IMG/VR virus record: IMGVR_UViG_3300050120_000152
Span: 1-64,000 of that record
DNA length: 64,000 bases
Direction: 5' to 3' (one strand)
The position numbers and the translations under genes were made by a program. Below are positions 28,202 through 37,579 of this stretch, piece after piece. Within the stretch, counting starts at the first letter, position 1; each line of letters begins with the position of its first letter. The notes beneath the pieces are model-generated. The model made no database searches. It was given only the letters and a program-made list of their open reading frames with translations, and was not told the origin of the DNA.

Positions 28202-29894
28202 ACAAATATTAGCAAATAATACCGAAGACTTTATACTTAAGTATAAAGCAGCATTAAAAGCTAAATTGTCGAAAGAACAATTTTCGAAATATATGGGCTT
28301 GGACATTCGTACTGTAGATCGCAAAAAACAAAAAATCAAGCAATTTGTTGGTATGGATTTACCCGCGCTACCATTAAAAGATGTAGAACTACCAAAGGCA
28401 GTATTAGCCAATTTTGAAAGCCTCATTGCCGTAACGGCTGAATCTGTATTAAAGAGCGAGAAAGTCAATAGTTCAGATGACAAAACTACAATAAACATAC
28501 AGAAAAATAAAAGATATATCATTACTGCCGCACAGAATGCGACACCAGTTCATGTCGGTTTCATGAAATCTCTTAATACCTTTGCTGAACATAATGATGC
28601 GCAATTGTTGGTTATACCATATCGTTATAAGAATCCTACTTCAGTATGGAACACTAATGATAAAGCACAAGATTGGTGGCATGAAGCAGTCAAACCTTAC
28701 TTATTAGATAACGAATTGAAGGTAGGCAAACATATAAAAATTATGGGAAATATTAAAATGCAGCCAACCGCTGTTAGCCCATTATCAGGTTTTGATACGG
28801 TATCCGATTTAGATTCGGCAATATTCGGTCATCCTAATGTAGAGTGGAAAACTATTCCATCTATACCGGGAAAAACACCAAAAGTGCTATTAACCACGGG
28901 AGCAGTCACCGTTCCAAACTACACTGATACTAAAGCAGGGCATAAGGGGGCATTCCACCATATAATATCTGCCATCGTATTAGAAATAGATGAAGATGAA
29001 ATTTTTCACGTTCGTCATGTAACCGCCGATGCCAAAGGATCATTTTATGATCTAGATAAATTATATACTAATTTTGGTAGTGTGGTAACGACTACTACGC
29101 ACGGTGCATTAGCACTTATTGCGGGCGACATACATGCGGAAGTAATAGATGAGCCTACCCGAGATGCATTATTTTTAAATTTGGACTCTGTAGCTTCAGT
29201 ATTAAAACCCAAAGCATTTGTATTACATGATCTTATAGATTCTACAGCAAGAAATCACCATATTAGCCGTGATGGTATCGGTCGTTTTATACGACATTAT
29301 TTTGATAAAAATGATAATGTTGAAGACGGTTTACAAATTGCTGCCGATTTCATTGATAGTATTTCAAGACCAGATGCAACAAATGTCATCATACGGTCAA
29401 ACCACGATGAACATCTTGATAGATGGTTATCAGAAGCTGATCCAAAGACTGATCCAGAAAATGCAAAGTTTTATCATTATTTAAAATATAATCAGTATGA
29501 TGCTATCCAGAATGGAGAAGATTTCTCAGTATTAGAATTTTGGTGTAACAATCCAGATGATAATGCAGGTTTGGTTAATTTGGATAATACAGTATTTTTG
29601 AAGCGCAACGAATCCTATGAAATATCGGGGGTAGAAATATCATTACATGGCGATCAAGGCCCGAATGGTTCAAGAGGAAGCCTTCGTAACCTTTCGAGAA
29701 TGGGTCAGAAGCTTGTAATAGGTCATAGTCATACGCCGGGTATCATAAATGGATCGTATCAGGTGGGTACCACTTCGAAGCTTCAATTGGACTATAATAA
29801 AGGCCCAAGTTCGTGGCTTAATACAGCAGCAATCATTTATCCAAATGGAACAGTCACATTGATAAATGTTATAGATGGAAAATGGAAGTTATAA
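28194..29894 (+). CDS. T5 A1-like protein (HTH + metallophosphoesterase-type nuclease)
   Basis: RYIITAAQNATPV, GDIH, HDL.D, SNHDEHL, HGDQGPNGSRGS, GHSHTPGI, YNKGPSSW. Confidence 0.7.
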   Translation: MNKQILANNTEDFILKYKAALKAKLSKEQFSKYMGLDIRTVDRKKQKIKQFVGMDLPALPLKDVELPKAVLANFESLIAVTAESVLKSEKVNSSDDKTTINIQKNKRYIITAAQNATPVHVGFMKSLNTFAEHNDAQLLVIPYRYKNPTSVWNTNDKAQDWWHEAVKPYLLDNELKVGKHIKIMGNIKMQPTAVSPLSGFDTVSDLDSAIFGHPNVEWKTIPSIPGKTPKVLLTTGAVTVPNYTDTKAGHKGAFHHIISAIVLEIDEDEIFHVRHVTADAKGSFYDLDKLYTNFGSVVTTTTHGALALIAGDIHAEVIDEPTRDALFLNLDSVASVLKPKAFVLHDLIDSTARNHHISRDGIGRFIRHYFDKNDNVEDGLQIAADFIDSISRPDATNVIIRSNHDEHLDRWLSEADPKTDPENAKFYHYLKYNQYDAIQNGEDFSVLEFWCNNPDDNAGLVNLDNTVFLKRNESYEISGVEISLHGDQGPNGSRGSLRNLSRMGQKLVIGHSHTPGIINGSYQVGTTSKLQLDYNKGPSSWLNTAAIIYPNGTVTLINVIDGKWKL

Positions 29895-29920
29895 AAAAAG
29901 CCCCTTTCGGGGCTTTTTTA
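29893..29920. terminator. Bidirectional intrinsic terminator between convergent genes
   Basis: AAAAAAGCCCC-TTTC-GGGGCTTTTTT. Confidence 0.9.
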
Positions 29921-30010
29921 TTTTGACCAATCGTTAAACACGAAGGCACATATGATTATGATTACCAGAATGAGTAATCCTATTCCAAGAATACCAAGCA
30001 CAAGTCCCAT
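29918..30010 (-). CDS. 30-aa single-pass membrane peptide MGLVLGILGIGLLILVIIIICAFVFNDWSK (absent from the ORF track)
   Basis: TAATG coupling to the upstream ORF; stop lies in the terminator tail. Confidence 0.6.
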   Translation of the reverse strand: MGLVLGILGIGLLILVIIIICAFVFNDWSK

Positions 30011-30288
30011 TACTTAGATAAATCTGATTTTAGAGATTCTTCGACAACCTCATCAGCATCAAACTTCTTAGCTTCGCATTTGCCACATTCCCATTTGCCG
30101 GAATCCAAAATTGCTTGGCTAGTAGTGGAAGGTTCATCGCATGCATCACAATGACCTTTTACTAACTTATTTGTACCTTCCAAAATACTTTTGCTTTTTA
30201 ATTCAAAATATTGTGCATAAAATGATCTGGCAGCTACCATATCTTCATTGATGCATGCCTGCACAGTTTGTTTAAGTAAATCTTTCAT
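30010..30288 (-). CDS. Late small protein with CxxC..CxxC (candidate prohead core protein)
   Basis: Minus-strand TATAAATA at 30317-30324; 'KSKSILEG' motif. Confidence 0.6.
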   Translation of the reverse strand: MKDLLKQTVQACINEDMVAARSFYAQYFELKSKSILEGTNKLVKGHCDACDEPSTTSQAILDSGKWECGKCEAKKFDADEVVEESLKSDLSK

Positions 30289-30409
30289 TGTTAAAAATCT
30301 CTGTTATGTTAATCATTATTTATACCGGATACTGATTGTATGTTCGTTTTTTGTCGTGACATGTTTAAAAATGCATTATAAATATTTTTGATCAATATCA
30401 GAGATAATA

Positions 30410-31165
30410 ATGTCACACAACATAAAGTATACTCCAGAACGTATTAAAGAAATATCAAAATGCATGGATGATCCAATATATTTTATCAATACTTATGTAT
30501 ACATCCCTCACCCTAAACATGGTAAAATAAAATTTAAGTTATATGATTTTCAATATGAGTATATAAAACATATTGAAAATCATAAATTTACTATTGGATG
30601 GTGGTCGCGACAAACTGGGAAAACTTTAACCACACTACCATATATTTTATGGAATGTCATTTTTAATAGCAATAAAAATGCTTTCATTATGGCAGCTAGT
30701 TTACCGCAATCCAAGGAAATGATATTCATTTTACAATTTATGTTAAATAATCTTCCTGATTGGTTGAAGCCGAATATTGACAAAAGTAATTGGAACAAAA
30801 CTTCATTAGCTTTTGAAAATGGCAGTTTTATTCATGCTTTGACAAATTTTATTCAAATTAGAGGCAGAACAGTAGACTTAATATATTTTGATGAGTTTGC
30901 TTATTATGTAAATAAAGGTAATTTTGAGGATGTGTTTCCGGCACTTGCAATAAATTCTAAAGTGATTATAGCATCAACTGGAAAAAAAGATTCGCAGTTT
31001 AATAAATTATATTTTTATGTTTTGGATAATCGTTCAAGCCCATTTTCACTATTTTCAGTATCTTGGAATCAAGTTCCCGGTAGAGATTCTACATTTAAGA
31101 CATCTATGATAAATTTAATAGGTGAACATCAATGGAATGATGAATACGAAGTTGGTATAAGATAA
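30410..31165 (+). CDS. Terminase large subunit ATPase-only paralog
   Basis: SRQTGKT Walker A, IYFDEFAY Walker B; colinear with the first ~260 aa of the next gene; TATAAATA 30377-30384. Confidence 0.85.
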   Translation: MSHNIKYTPERIKEISKCMDDPIYFINTYVYIPHPKHGKIKFKLYDFQYEYIKHIENHKFTIGWWSRQTGKTLTTLPYILWNVIFNSNKNAFIMAASLPQSKEMIFILQFMLNNLPDWLKPNIDKSNWNKTSLAFENGSFIHALTNFIQIRGRTVDLIYFDEFAYYVNKGNFEDVFPALAINSKVIIASTGKKDSQFNKLYFYVLDNRSSPFSLFSVSWNQVPGRDSTFKTSMINLIGEHQWNDEYEVGIR

Positions 31166-31166
31166 A

Positions 31167-32033
31167 ATGGCAAGAAATCCTAGAGTCAAAAAACCATTTA
31201 TTCAAATGGAATATACCAAAGAAATGGTTGATGAAATACGTAAATGTATAGTCGATCCAGTATATTTTATCAATACTTATGTATATATTCTTCATCCTAA
31301 GCATGGTAGAATACGATTTAAGTTATATGATTTTCAAGAAGACATTGTTCGCACTTACCAAGCGAATCGTTGGTCTATCTCAAAAATTGCGCGTCAGTCG
31401 GGTAAAACTGAAACGACTTGTGCCTATTTGGCATGGTATGCCCTGTTCCATCCAGAGAAGACTATTCTTGTTGCTGCCAACAAATTGAGTAATGCCAAGG
31501 AAATCATCAGCCGTATTCAAGGCATCTATGAAGAATTGCCAGATTGGATAAAGCCGGGGATTGATGAAAGTGAATGGAACAAAACATCATTAGCTTTTGA
31601 AAATAAATCGAAGATCATGGCGCAAGCAACTTCCCAGAATACGGGACGTGGTTTTGCGATTTCATTATTATATTTGGACGAACTTGCGTTCGTTCCTCCA
31701 CATATTCAACAATTAATGTGGGCATCTATTCAGCCAGTATTGGCCACAGGTGGATCATGTATTATTAGCTCAACCCCAAATGGTTCTATTGACTTATATT
31801 CTCAATTATTCAGAGAAGCAGAAGCAGGATTAAGCGCATTCGCAGCCATTGACGTTAAGTGGTGGCAAGTACCGGGTAGAGATGAAGCATTCAAATTAGA
31901 ACAAATTGGTTTGATTGGTCAACGAAGATGGGATCAAGAATTTGAGTGCTGCGTATATGATTCTGCTATAAATATAATGGTAAATGGTATAATTAAAAGT
32001 ATTACCATTGGGGAATTATATGATTTATTTTGA
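31167..32033 (+). CDS. terL: Terminase large subunit N-fragment (ATPase) + 28-aa split-intein IntN
   Basis: ARQSGKT, LYLDELAF, SSTPNG, WDQEFE|CCVYDSAIN..ITIGELYDLF*. Confidence 0.92.
   Translation: MARNPRVKKPFIQMEYTKEMVDEIRKCIVDPVYFINTYVYILHPKHGRIRFKLYDFQEDIVRTYQANRWSISKIARQSGKTETTCAYLAWYALFHPEKTILVAANKLSNAKEIISRIQGIYEELPDWIKPGIDESEWNKTSLAFENKSKIMAQATSQNTGRGFAISLLYLDELAFVPPHIQQLMWASIQPVLATGGSCIISSTPNGSIDLYSQLFREAEAGLSAFAAIDVKWWQVPGRDEAFKLEQIGLIGQRRWDQEFECCVYDSAINIMVNGIIKSITIGELYDLF
31947..32030 (+). mobile_element. Split intein N-part (IntN, 28 aa)
   Basis: Block A C-x-x-x-D-S-x-I; resembles the short IntN of the AceL-TerL atypical split intein. Confidence 0.85.
31967..31974 (+). promoter_or_regulatory. 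Late promoter inside IntN for the downstream endonuclease-IntC-TerL-C ORF
   Basis: TATAAATA; SD GGGGA 32010-32014; ATG 32020. Confidence 0.65.
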
Positions 32034-34122
32034 AAAAAATAATGTTAAATATGTAATATCCAAAATTGATAATAAAAAATATTGTAAGACAAATGGCACA
32101 TTTACTAGACATTTGAAAACTAATAATTTAACAGAATTAGAATATTTTATAAAATATATAGATAGCCCTCAATATTGTCAATGTGGGGATATATGCAGTT
32201 TTAATAAAAGTGATTGGACGTTTAAAGAAATTTGTGGAATTAAATGTGCAGGATGGCTTAATTCAAAAAAATATCAAATTTCTTCTCCCGAATATAAACA
32301 ACGGTGGAAACGCCGTGCAATAGAAACGTACACAGAATTGCCTAGTGAACAACGTTCTCAAATAATACAAAAAAATAAAATTAAAGCGCCTATGGCGCGA
32401 AAAAAACGTATTGATACGTTAATAAACAAATACGGCAAAGAATGGTATAATAATCAAAAAGCATCAACCACTAAAAAAGCATTTACTAAACAACGATGGA
32501 AGCAAATCATTGATGATCAAAATTTATCAAAATTGAAAATATATGGCACATCTAAAATGTCTGAACCTGCTAGAGATAGGATAGTTCATCATGCTAGACA
32601 CATATTAAATCATCCTGATGTTAAAAGTGGAATGTCTAGATATTCCAAAATGGCAACAAATTTTTTTGCATCACTTAATATACCAGAAGCTTTATTTGGT
32701 GATAATGAATTTGTCATTCAACATATTAATGGATATGCTAGATATGATTTCAAGTATAAAAATAAAATAATAGAATTCAATGGCAATTACTGGCATGCTA
32801 ATCCAAATAAGTATGCGCATGATACAATCATATCATACCCAAGAAATAAAAAAATAAAAGCTTCTAATATATGGCACAAAGATGCTAAAAAAATTGAAAT
32901 AGCAAAAATGGCGGGCTATGAAGTATTGGTAATATGGGAGGATCAATTAAAGGGCGATATTAACAAACTAATAAAAAATATTAGACAGTGGTTAGTTGAC
33001 AGCCATGAATATAAAGAAAATAAAAATGCTGTTAAAATATTAACCCCACAGGGTTATTCTAAATTTAGTGGTATAAACAAACTTATTAAATTAGGTAGCA
33101 TAAAAATATTCTGTGATAATGGAACAGATATTGAATGTAGTTATAGCCATAAAATAAAAACTCAAGATGGGTATAAAATTGCTACAGACATTATATTATT
33201 AGATAGTATAACGACAGTAGATGGTGAACGTAAAGTTATCAATATTGAATGTTATCCTAATAAATTAGTAGATTTATATGATTTAATTGATGTAGAACTT
33301 GGTAATGAATATTATACTAATGGTATTTTAAGTCATAATTGCAAATTCTTAACATCTGAACATACCTTAATAGACCTTGATATGTTGGATCATGCTGAAA
33401 AAATGTTAGCTGGGCCAGCTATATCAGTGAAATCATTATATGATCAAATATTTTGGAAAGTACCAAACAAAATGGCTACATATATTGTAGGTGTCGATCC
33501 ATCTCAAGGTGTTGGAAACGATTTTAGTGTAATTCAGGTTTATGATTTTCCTAGTATGGAACAGGTAGCCGAATATCGCACCAATCAAGAATCTCCTGCC
33601 ATGTTATACTCGTATCTTAAATCATTATTAAAATTTTTAGAAAAGAATGTCAAATATGTTTATTATTCTGTAGAAAATAATGCATTGGGTCAAGCTATTA
33701 TTGCCTTATATGAAGCTGATACTAATCCGTTGGAAAAAGCTATTTTCATGTCAGAAGAAGGTAAAGATACATTGGGGTATAATTCTAATATAAAGAGTAA
33801 AAACAAATCATTAATTGCTTTCAAGGAAATGTTTGAACGTGGTCAATTAAAAGTAAACTCGCCCATTTTAATTAAAGAATTAAAAACTTTGGTAAGAAAA
33901 GAGAATACATTCAAGGCTCAGATAGGTTCTACAGATGACTGCGTATTCGCTTCATTGATCGTTATACGAATGGTAGAAGATATGGCCGATTCTGATATGG
34001 TAGCATATAATAAATTATATTCATTTGAAAATGTTAAGGTAGATAATTGGAAAATAGAATCTAATGACGATTTTAATGAAAACTGGGATAATGATGGATA
34101 CATGCCTTTCAGCATTGGATAA
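32020..34122 (+). CDS. terL: Fusion: Vsr-like homing endonuclease (~32020-33000) + IntC (~33007-33339) + TerL C-fragment (RNase H-like nuclease, 33340-34122)
   Basis: YDFKYKNKIIEFNGNYWHANP..KD..K..GYEVLVIWE; KILTPQGYSKFSGI..SHK..LYDLIDVE..YYTNGILSHN|C; VGVDPSQGVGNDFS, VENN, DDCVFA. Confidence 0.88.
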   Translation: MIYFEKNNVKYVISKIDNKKYCKTNGTFTRHLKTNNLTELEYFIKYIDSPQYCQCGDICSFNKSDWTFKEICGIKCAGWLNSKKYQISSPEYKQRWKRRAIETYTELPSEQRSQIIQKNKIKAPMARKKRIDTLINKYGKEWYNNQKASTTKKAFTKQRWKQIIDDQNLSKLKIYGTSKMSEPARDRIVHHARHILNHPDVKSGMSRYSKMATNFFASLNIPEALFGDNEFVIQHINGYARYDFKYKNKIIEFNGNYWHANPNKYAHDTIISYPRNKKIKASNIWHKDAKKIEIAKMAGYEVLVIWEDQLKGDINKLIKNIRQWLVDSHEYKENKNAVKILTPQGYSKFSGINKLIKLGSIKIFCDNGTDIECSYSHKIKTQDGYKIATDIILLDSITTVDGERKVINIECYPNKLVDLYDLIDVELGNEYYTNGILSHNCKFLTSEHTLIDLDMLDHAEKMLAGPAISVKSLYDQIFWKVPNKMATYIVGVDPSQGVGNDFSVIQVYDFPSMEQVAEYRTNQESPAMLYSYLKSLLKFLEKNVKYVYYSVENNALGQAIIALYEADTNPLEKAIFMSEEGKDTLGYNSNIKSKNKSLIAFKEMFERGQLKVNSPILIKELKTLVRKENTFKAQIGSTDDCVFASLIVIRMVEDMADSDMVAYNKLYSFENVKVDNWKIESNDDFNENWDNDGYMPFSIG

Positions 34123-34675
34123 TGATAAATATATTATCGGAGCTTGCACCTTGAAAGAATATCAGTTATTATTAGAACTCAGCTATTTTGACCTTGAAGG
34201 TAGAACAAATTCTATCATGGGTCACGAAAGAACAGAAAATTCCAATAAAGTAAAATTGGATAATATGACCTTCATTCCAATGGCTAGTAGTGGTAATCTT
34301 AAAATAGGCTCTAATACTACCTCTAATAACGGGCATGATTATTGGAGTACATTATTATTTGATAATATCACCTATCTTTCCGATGAAGATCAAAAAGACC
34401 CGCAAGCATATACATTCACAGGTTCAGATAATACTGAATATCAAATCAAGCGTGTTCCGCGTAATGCTAATGTCAAAGTGAATTGCTCATGTTTAGACTT
34501 TCACTATAGATTTGCTGTATGGGATAATAAATTTAAAGCATTAGACGGTAATCCGCCAGCACCTTACATCAAACGTTCAAACCGCCCATCAGTAAACCCT
34601 ATGCAAACTCCCGGTTTATGTAAACATCTGATAAAATTAATGAATGACCTAAAAGCTCAAAATTTCTTCATTTAA
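34064..34675 (+). CDS. SWIM-type zinc-finger protein (true start uncertain, probably downstream)
   Basis: VNCSCLDF...PGLCKHL. Confidence 0.65.
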   Translation: MTILMKTGIMMDTCLSALDNDKYIIGACTLKEYQLLLELSYFDLEGRTNSIMGHERTENSNKVKLDNMTFIPMASSGNLKIGSNTTSNNGHDYWSTLLFDNITYLSDEDQKDPQAYTFTGSDNTEYQIKRVPRNANVKVNCSCLDFHYRFAVWDNKFKALDGNPPAPYIKRSNRPSVNPMQTPGLCKHLIKLMNDLKAQNFFI

Positions 34676-34677
34676 CA

Positions 34678-34706
34678 TTGACAAACCCTAAAATCCCGTT
34701 TATACT
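34678..34706 (+). promoter_or_regulatory. sigma70 promoter for the SSB gene
   Basis: TTGACA-N17-TATACT. Confidence 0.85.
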
Positions 34707-34831
34707 TCATTCAGATTGAGTAGTTCGATTTTACGACACGAACTCAAGAATCGAATAAATAGATATGTTAGAGAACTATTCTAACACCTAGAAGCGTAAC
34801 ATCAGAAGAATTATAATTAGGAGATTTCAAG

Positions 34832-35815
34832 ATGAAGCCAGCATTAGAAGCGTTAAAGCAGAAGTTTAAAGAACAAGATGAAAAGAAAACTGAACAAGGC
34901 GGCAAAAGTAAATCGTTCGGAGATATGTATCCATTCTGGAACATAGATTACGGCCAAGAAGCCGAAATACGCACGCTACCTTATGCAGGTATGCCGGATG
35001 ACGCAATGCATCCATTTATTGATAAGTTAGAACACGTTCTATCTATCAATGGCGAAGATAAGAAAATACCATGTTTGAAAATGTATGGCGAAGAATGTCC
35101 AATTTGTGCATTGTCTGCCAAATATTACAAAGCTGAAGGAAAAACTTCTACTAAGGGTAAATATTATTGGAGAGATAAGAAGAGTCTTGCCAGCGTTTAC
35201 GTGGCACAAGACCCATTACCGCCTAATGAAGAAACCAAAGAAAACGATCAAGGTAAAATGAAACTTGCTCAACTCGGTAATCAACTTTCTGGAAAATATG
35301 AAAGCAGATTCAAAACTTTATTGGCAAAAGATGATATAGACGATTTGCCGTGGTCATTGGACAATGGATTGAATTTCATTATCATAAAAGAGAAGAAGGG
35401 TGAGTATGACAAGTATGATACGTCAAGCGACTTTGCACGTAAGTCTAGCTCATTACCAAAGTCATTTTTGGAAACCTTTGAGCCCGTTGATTTGAGAAAA
35501 TATTTACCTGTTAATCCGGGCTTAGACAAGGTTCAACGTATGTTGGATGCACATGTTACTGGTAGTGAATACGTTGATGATTCTGAATCATCAACAAAGA
35601 CAGAACCGGAAACCAAAATTGATTCAGGTGTTTCAGAAAAGACAAAACATACTACGAGTGAAGTTAGAAAAGAAACTTCAAAGCCTGAAGATGATGTAGT
35701 TGTAGTTGAAGATGAAAAAACTGTTAATAAGGCAGTGAAATCAGAAGATTCGGATCAATCGACTGAAGAAAATGATTTCTTAGCTAAATTAAGACGCCGA
35801 GCAGGCAAAGAGTAA
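34832..35815 (+). CDS. gp32: Single-stranded DNA-binding protein (T4 gp32-like)
   Basis: CLKMYGEECPIC, G.NF.I.K..K..Y.KYD.S.F, acidic tail; upstream of uvsX. Confidence 0.8.
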   Translation: MKPALEALKQKFKEQDEKKTEQGGKSKSFGDMYPFWNIDYGQEAEIRTLPYAGMPDDAMHPFIDKLEHVLSINGEDKKIPCLKMYGEECPICALSAKYYKAEGKTSTKGKYYWRDKKSLASVYVAQDPLPPNEETKENDQGKMKLAQLGNQLSGKYESRFKTLLAKDDIDDLPWSLDNGLNFIIIKEKKGEYDKYDTSSDFARKSSSLPKSFLETFEPVDLRKYLPVNPGLDKVQRMLDAHVTGSEYVDDSESSTKTEPETKIDSGVSEKTKHTTSEVRKETSKPEDDVVVVEDEKTVNKAVKSEDSDQSTEENDFLAKLRRRAGKE

Positions 35816-35824
35816 GTAACTTAG

Positions 35825-35848
35825 AAAAGAGGGATCGCTCCCTCTTTT
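35825..35848 (+). terminator. Intrinsic terminator
   Basis: AAAAGAGGGA-TCGC-TCCCTCTTTT. Confidence 0.8.
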
Positions 35849-35878
35849 CGGTTTTCATTTAAATAAAGGATAATAATA

Positions 35879-37003
35879 ATGAGTTCGTTTGCAAAATTTA
35901 AAGAACGATTGGACAAAGCTAGTATAAAAGCGGGTATCCCAACCAAAAACGGGCCACCAGAATTTTTTATTGATACCGGCAATTATGTATTAAATAAAAT
36001 TATTTCTGGTAGCTATTTAAAGGGTTGGGCACAAGGTAGATTGGGTGCAATTGGTGGCCCATCAGGTTCAGGTAAATCATTTTTAATTGCAAATGCAATT
36101 AAAGCTGCACAAGAACAAGGTTGTGCAATTTTCTTATTAGACTCTGAAAACGCATTAGATACAGCATATTTGGAAGCAGTTGGTGTAGATACGGAAGCAG
36201 ATAATTTCATGTACCGAAGTGTGGTAACTATTGAGCAAGCTGTAGCCGAATTATCAAGATTCACTAAAGAATATCGTGCAGATGGAATGACTGATAGAGT
36301 GTTCATCGCATTAGATTCATTAGATATGTTAATGACCAATTCGCAGGTTGAAACCTATGCAAAGGGTGAAACTAAAGGTGATCAAGGCCAAGAAGTCAAG
36401 CAGTTGAAGAGTATGCTTAAGACTTGGGTGCAGGATATTAAAACATTACCATTCATCATAGTATGCGCAAAGCAAGTTTATCAAGAACAAGATCGTATTG
36501 CCAAATTGGTAGAACCATATGTGTTCACAGATGGTATTCGCTTCGCATTCTCACAAATTTTCATGATTACTAAATTAATGCTTAAGACCGAAGATGTAGA
36601 TGGTATTAAAAAGAAAGAAAAGCAAGCAGAAAAATATGCTGGTATCACAATGAAGGCCCGTGGGTTCAAAACGCGTCTTACAAAGCCATTTCAACAAGCA
36701 AAGATACAGGTACCGTGGGATTCGGGTATGGATCGTTTCTCTGGATTATTAGAAGTGGCGGAAGCGGTTGGAATAGTTGTTAAGAATGGATCATGGTACT
36801 ATCTCGGGGAAGAAAAATTTCAAAAAGGTACATTTGCAAATTATAGAGAAGAGGTTCTGAAATTATTAATAGAGCGTGAAGGTGATCTTGCTAAGGATGA
36901 CTTTATTGAAGTAGAAATCGAAGAAGAAGAGGCACCACCTGAAGGCTTGAGCATTGATGATCGCATTGCAGAAAAACTTAAGAAATTAGCAACAAAAGTA
37001 TAA
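35879..37003 (+). CDS. uvsX: RecA-like recombinase
   Basis: DTGNYVLNKIISG, GPSGSGKS, LDSENA, DSL, K.R.TKPF. Confidence 0.93.
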   Translation: MSSFAKFKERLDKASIKAGIPTKNGPPEFFIDTGNYVLNKIISGSYLKGWAQGRLGAIGGPSGSGKSFLIANAIKAAQEQGCAIFLLDSENALDTAYLEAVGVDTEADNFMYRSVVTIEQAVAELSRFTKEYRADGMTDRVFIALDSLDMLMTNSQVETYAKGETKGDQGQEVKQLKSMLKTWVQDIKTLPFIIVCAKQVYQEQDRIAKLVEPYVFTDGIRFAFSQIFMITKLMLKTEDVDGIKKKEKQAEKYAGITMKARGFKTRLTKPFQQAKIQVPWDSGMDRFSGLLEVAEAVGIVVKNGSWYYLGEEKFQKGTFANYREEVLKLLIEREGDLAKDDFIEVEIEEEEAPPEGLSIDDRIAEKLKKLATKV

Positions 37004-37006
37004 TTT

Positions 37007-37579
37007 ATGATTCGTGAACTTCTTACACAAAGATTACACGATTATGAAGAAACGACCAAAATGATCATAGGGCTTTATGGGCAAAAACTCATTAAAGCCC
37101 TTCGGTTTTACACTAAAACTGATAGAAATATTAATATTAATTCAGTAGATTTTTGTCCACTTAACCATAATTTCGTACTTAGTACCTTCTCCACCGATCT
37201 TATTATTGGAGATAAAATCAAATTACCCGACAACACTGTAGTAGAAATAGACGATACTAATTTAAATCGCTATACTAGTGATCAAATGAAACTGATTCTG
37301 TCTATAAATGCATTAGAAAATTTAGATGCTTTTCAGTTACATGAGCTATTAAAACGAATTGACAAATTTATCAAACAATATGGGGCAAATTCCTATCAAA
37401 ATGGTTTGGAATCTGGTATCATAGACTTTGATGACTTATTAACTAACCCATCATATATTAAAATATTAGATTCAGTAACTGACCCACTAAATTCTATTAT
37501 AGAAAACATGGATGATTTACAAAAATTCCAATTTTATATATTTTCTAAAGCATCAATAATAAACAAGGTATTGCACTAA
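37007..37579 (+). CDS. Hypothetical protein
   Basis: Operon-coupled 190-aa ORF. Confidence 0.7.
   Translation: MIRELLTQRLHDYEETTKMIIGLYGQKLIKALRFYTKTDRNININSVDFCPLNHNFVLSTFSTDLIIGDKIKLPDNTVVEIDDTNLNRYTSDQMKLILSINALENLDAFQLHELLKRIDKFIKQYGANSYQNGLESGIIDFDDLLTNPSYIKILDSVTDPLNSIIENMDDLQKFQFYIFSKASIINKVLH

Noticed and set aside
32020-32040. terL frame break as a simple homopolymer sequencing error
   Set aside because: Not excluded, but disfavoured: a late promoter, SD and ATG precede the second ORF, which starts like a free-standing endonuclease, and the break falls where AceL-TerL-type inteins are naturally split.
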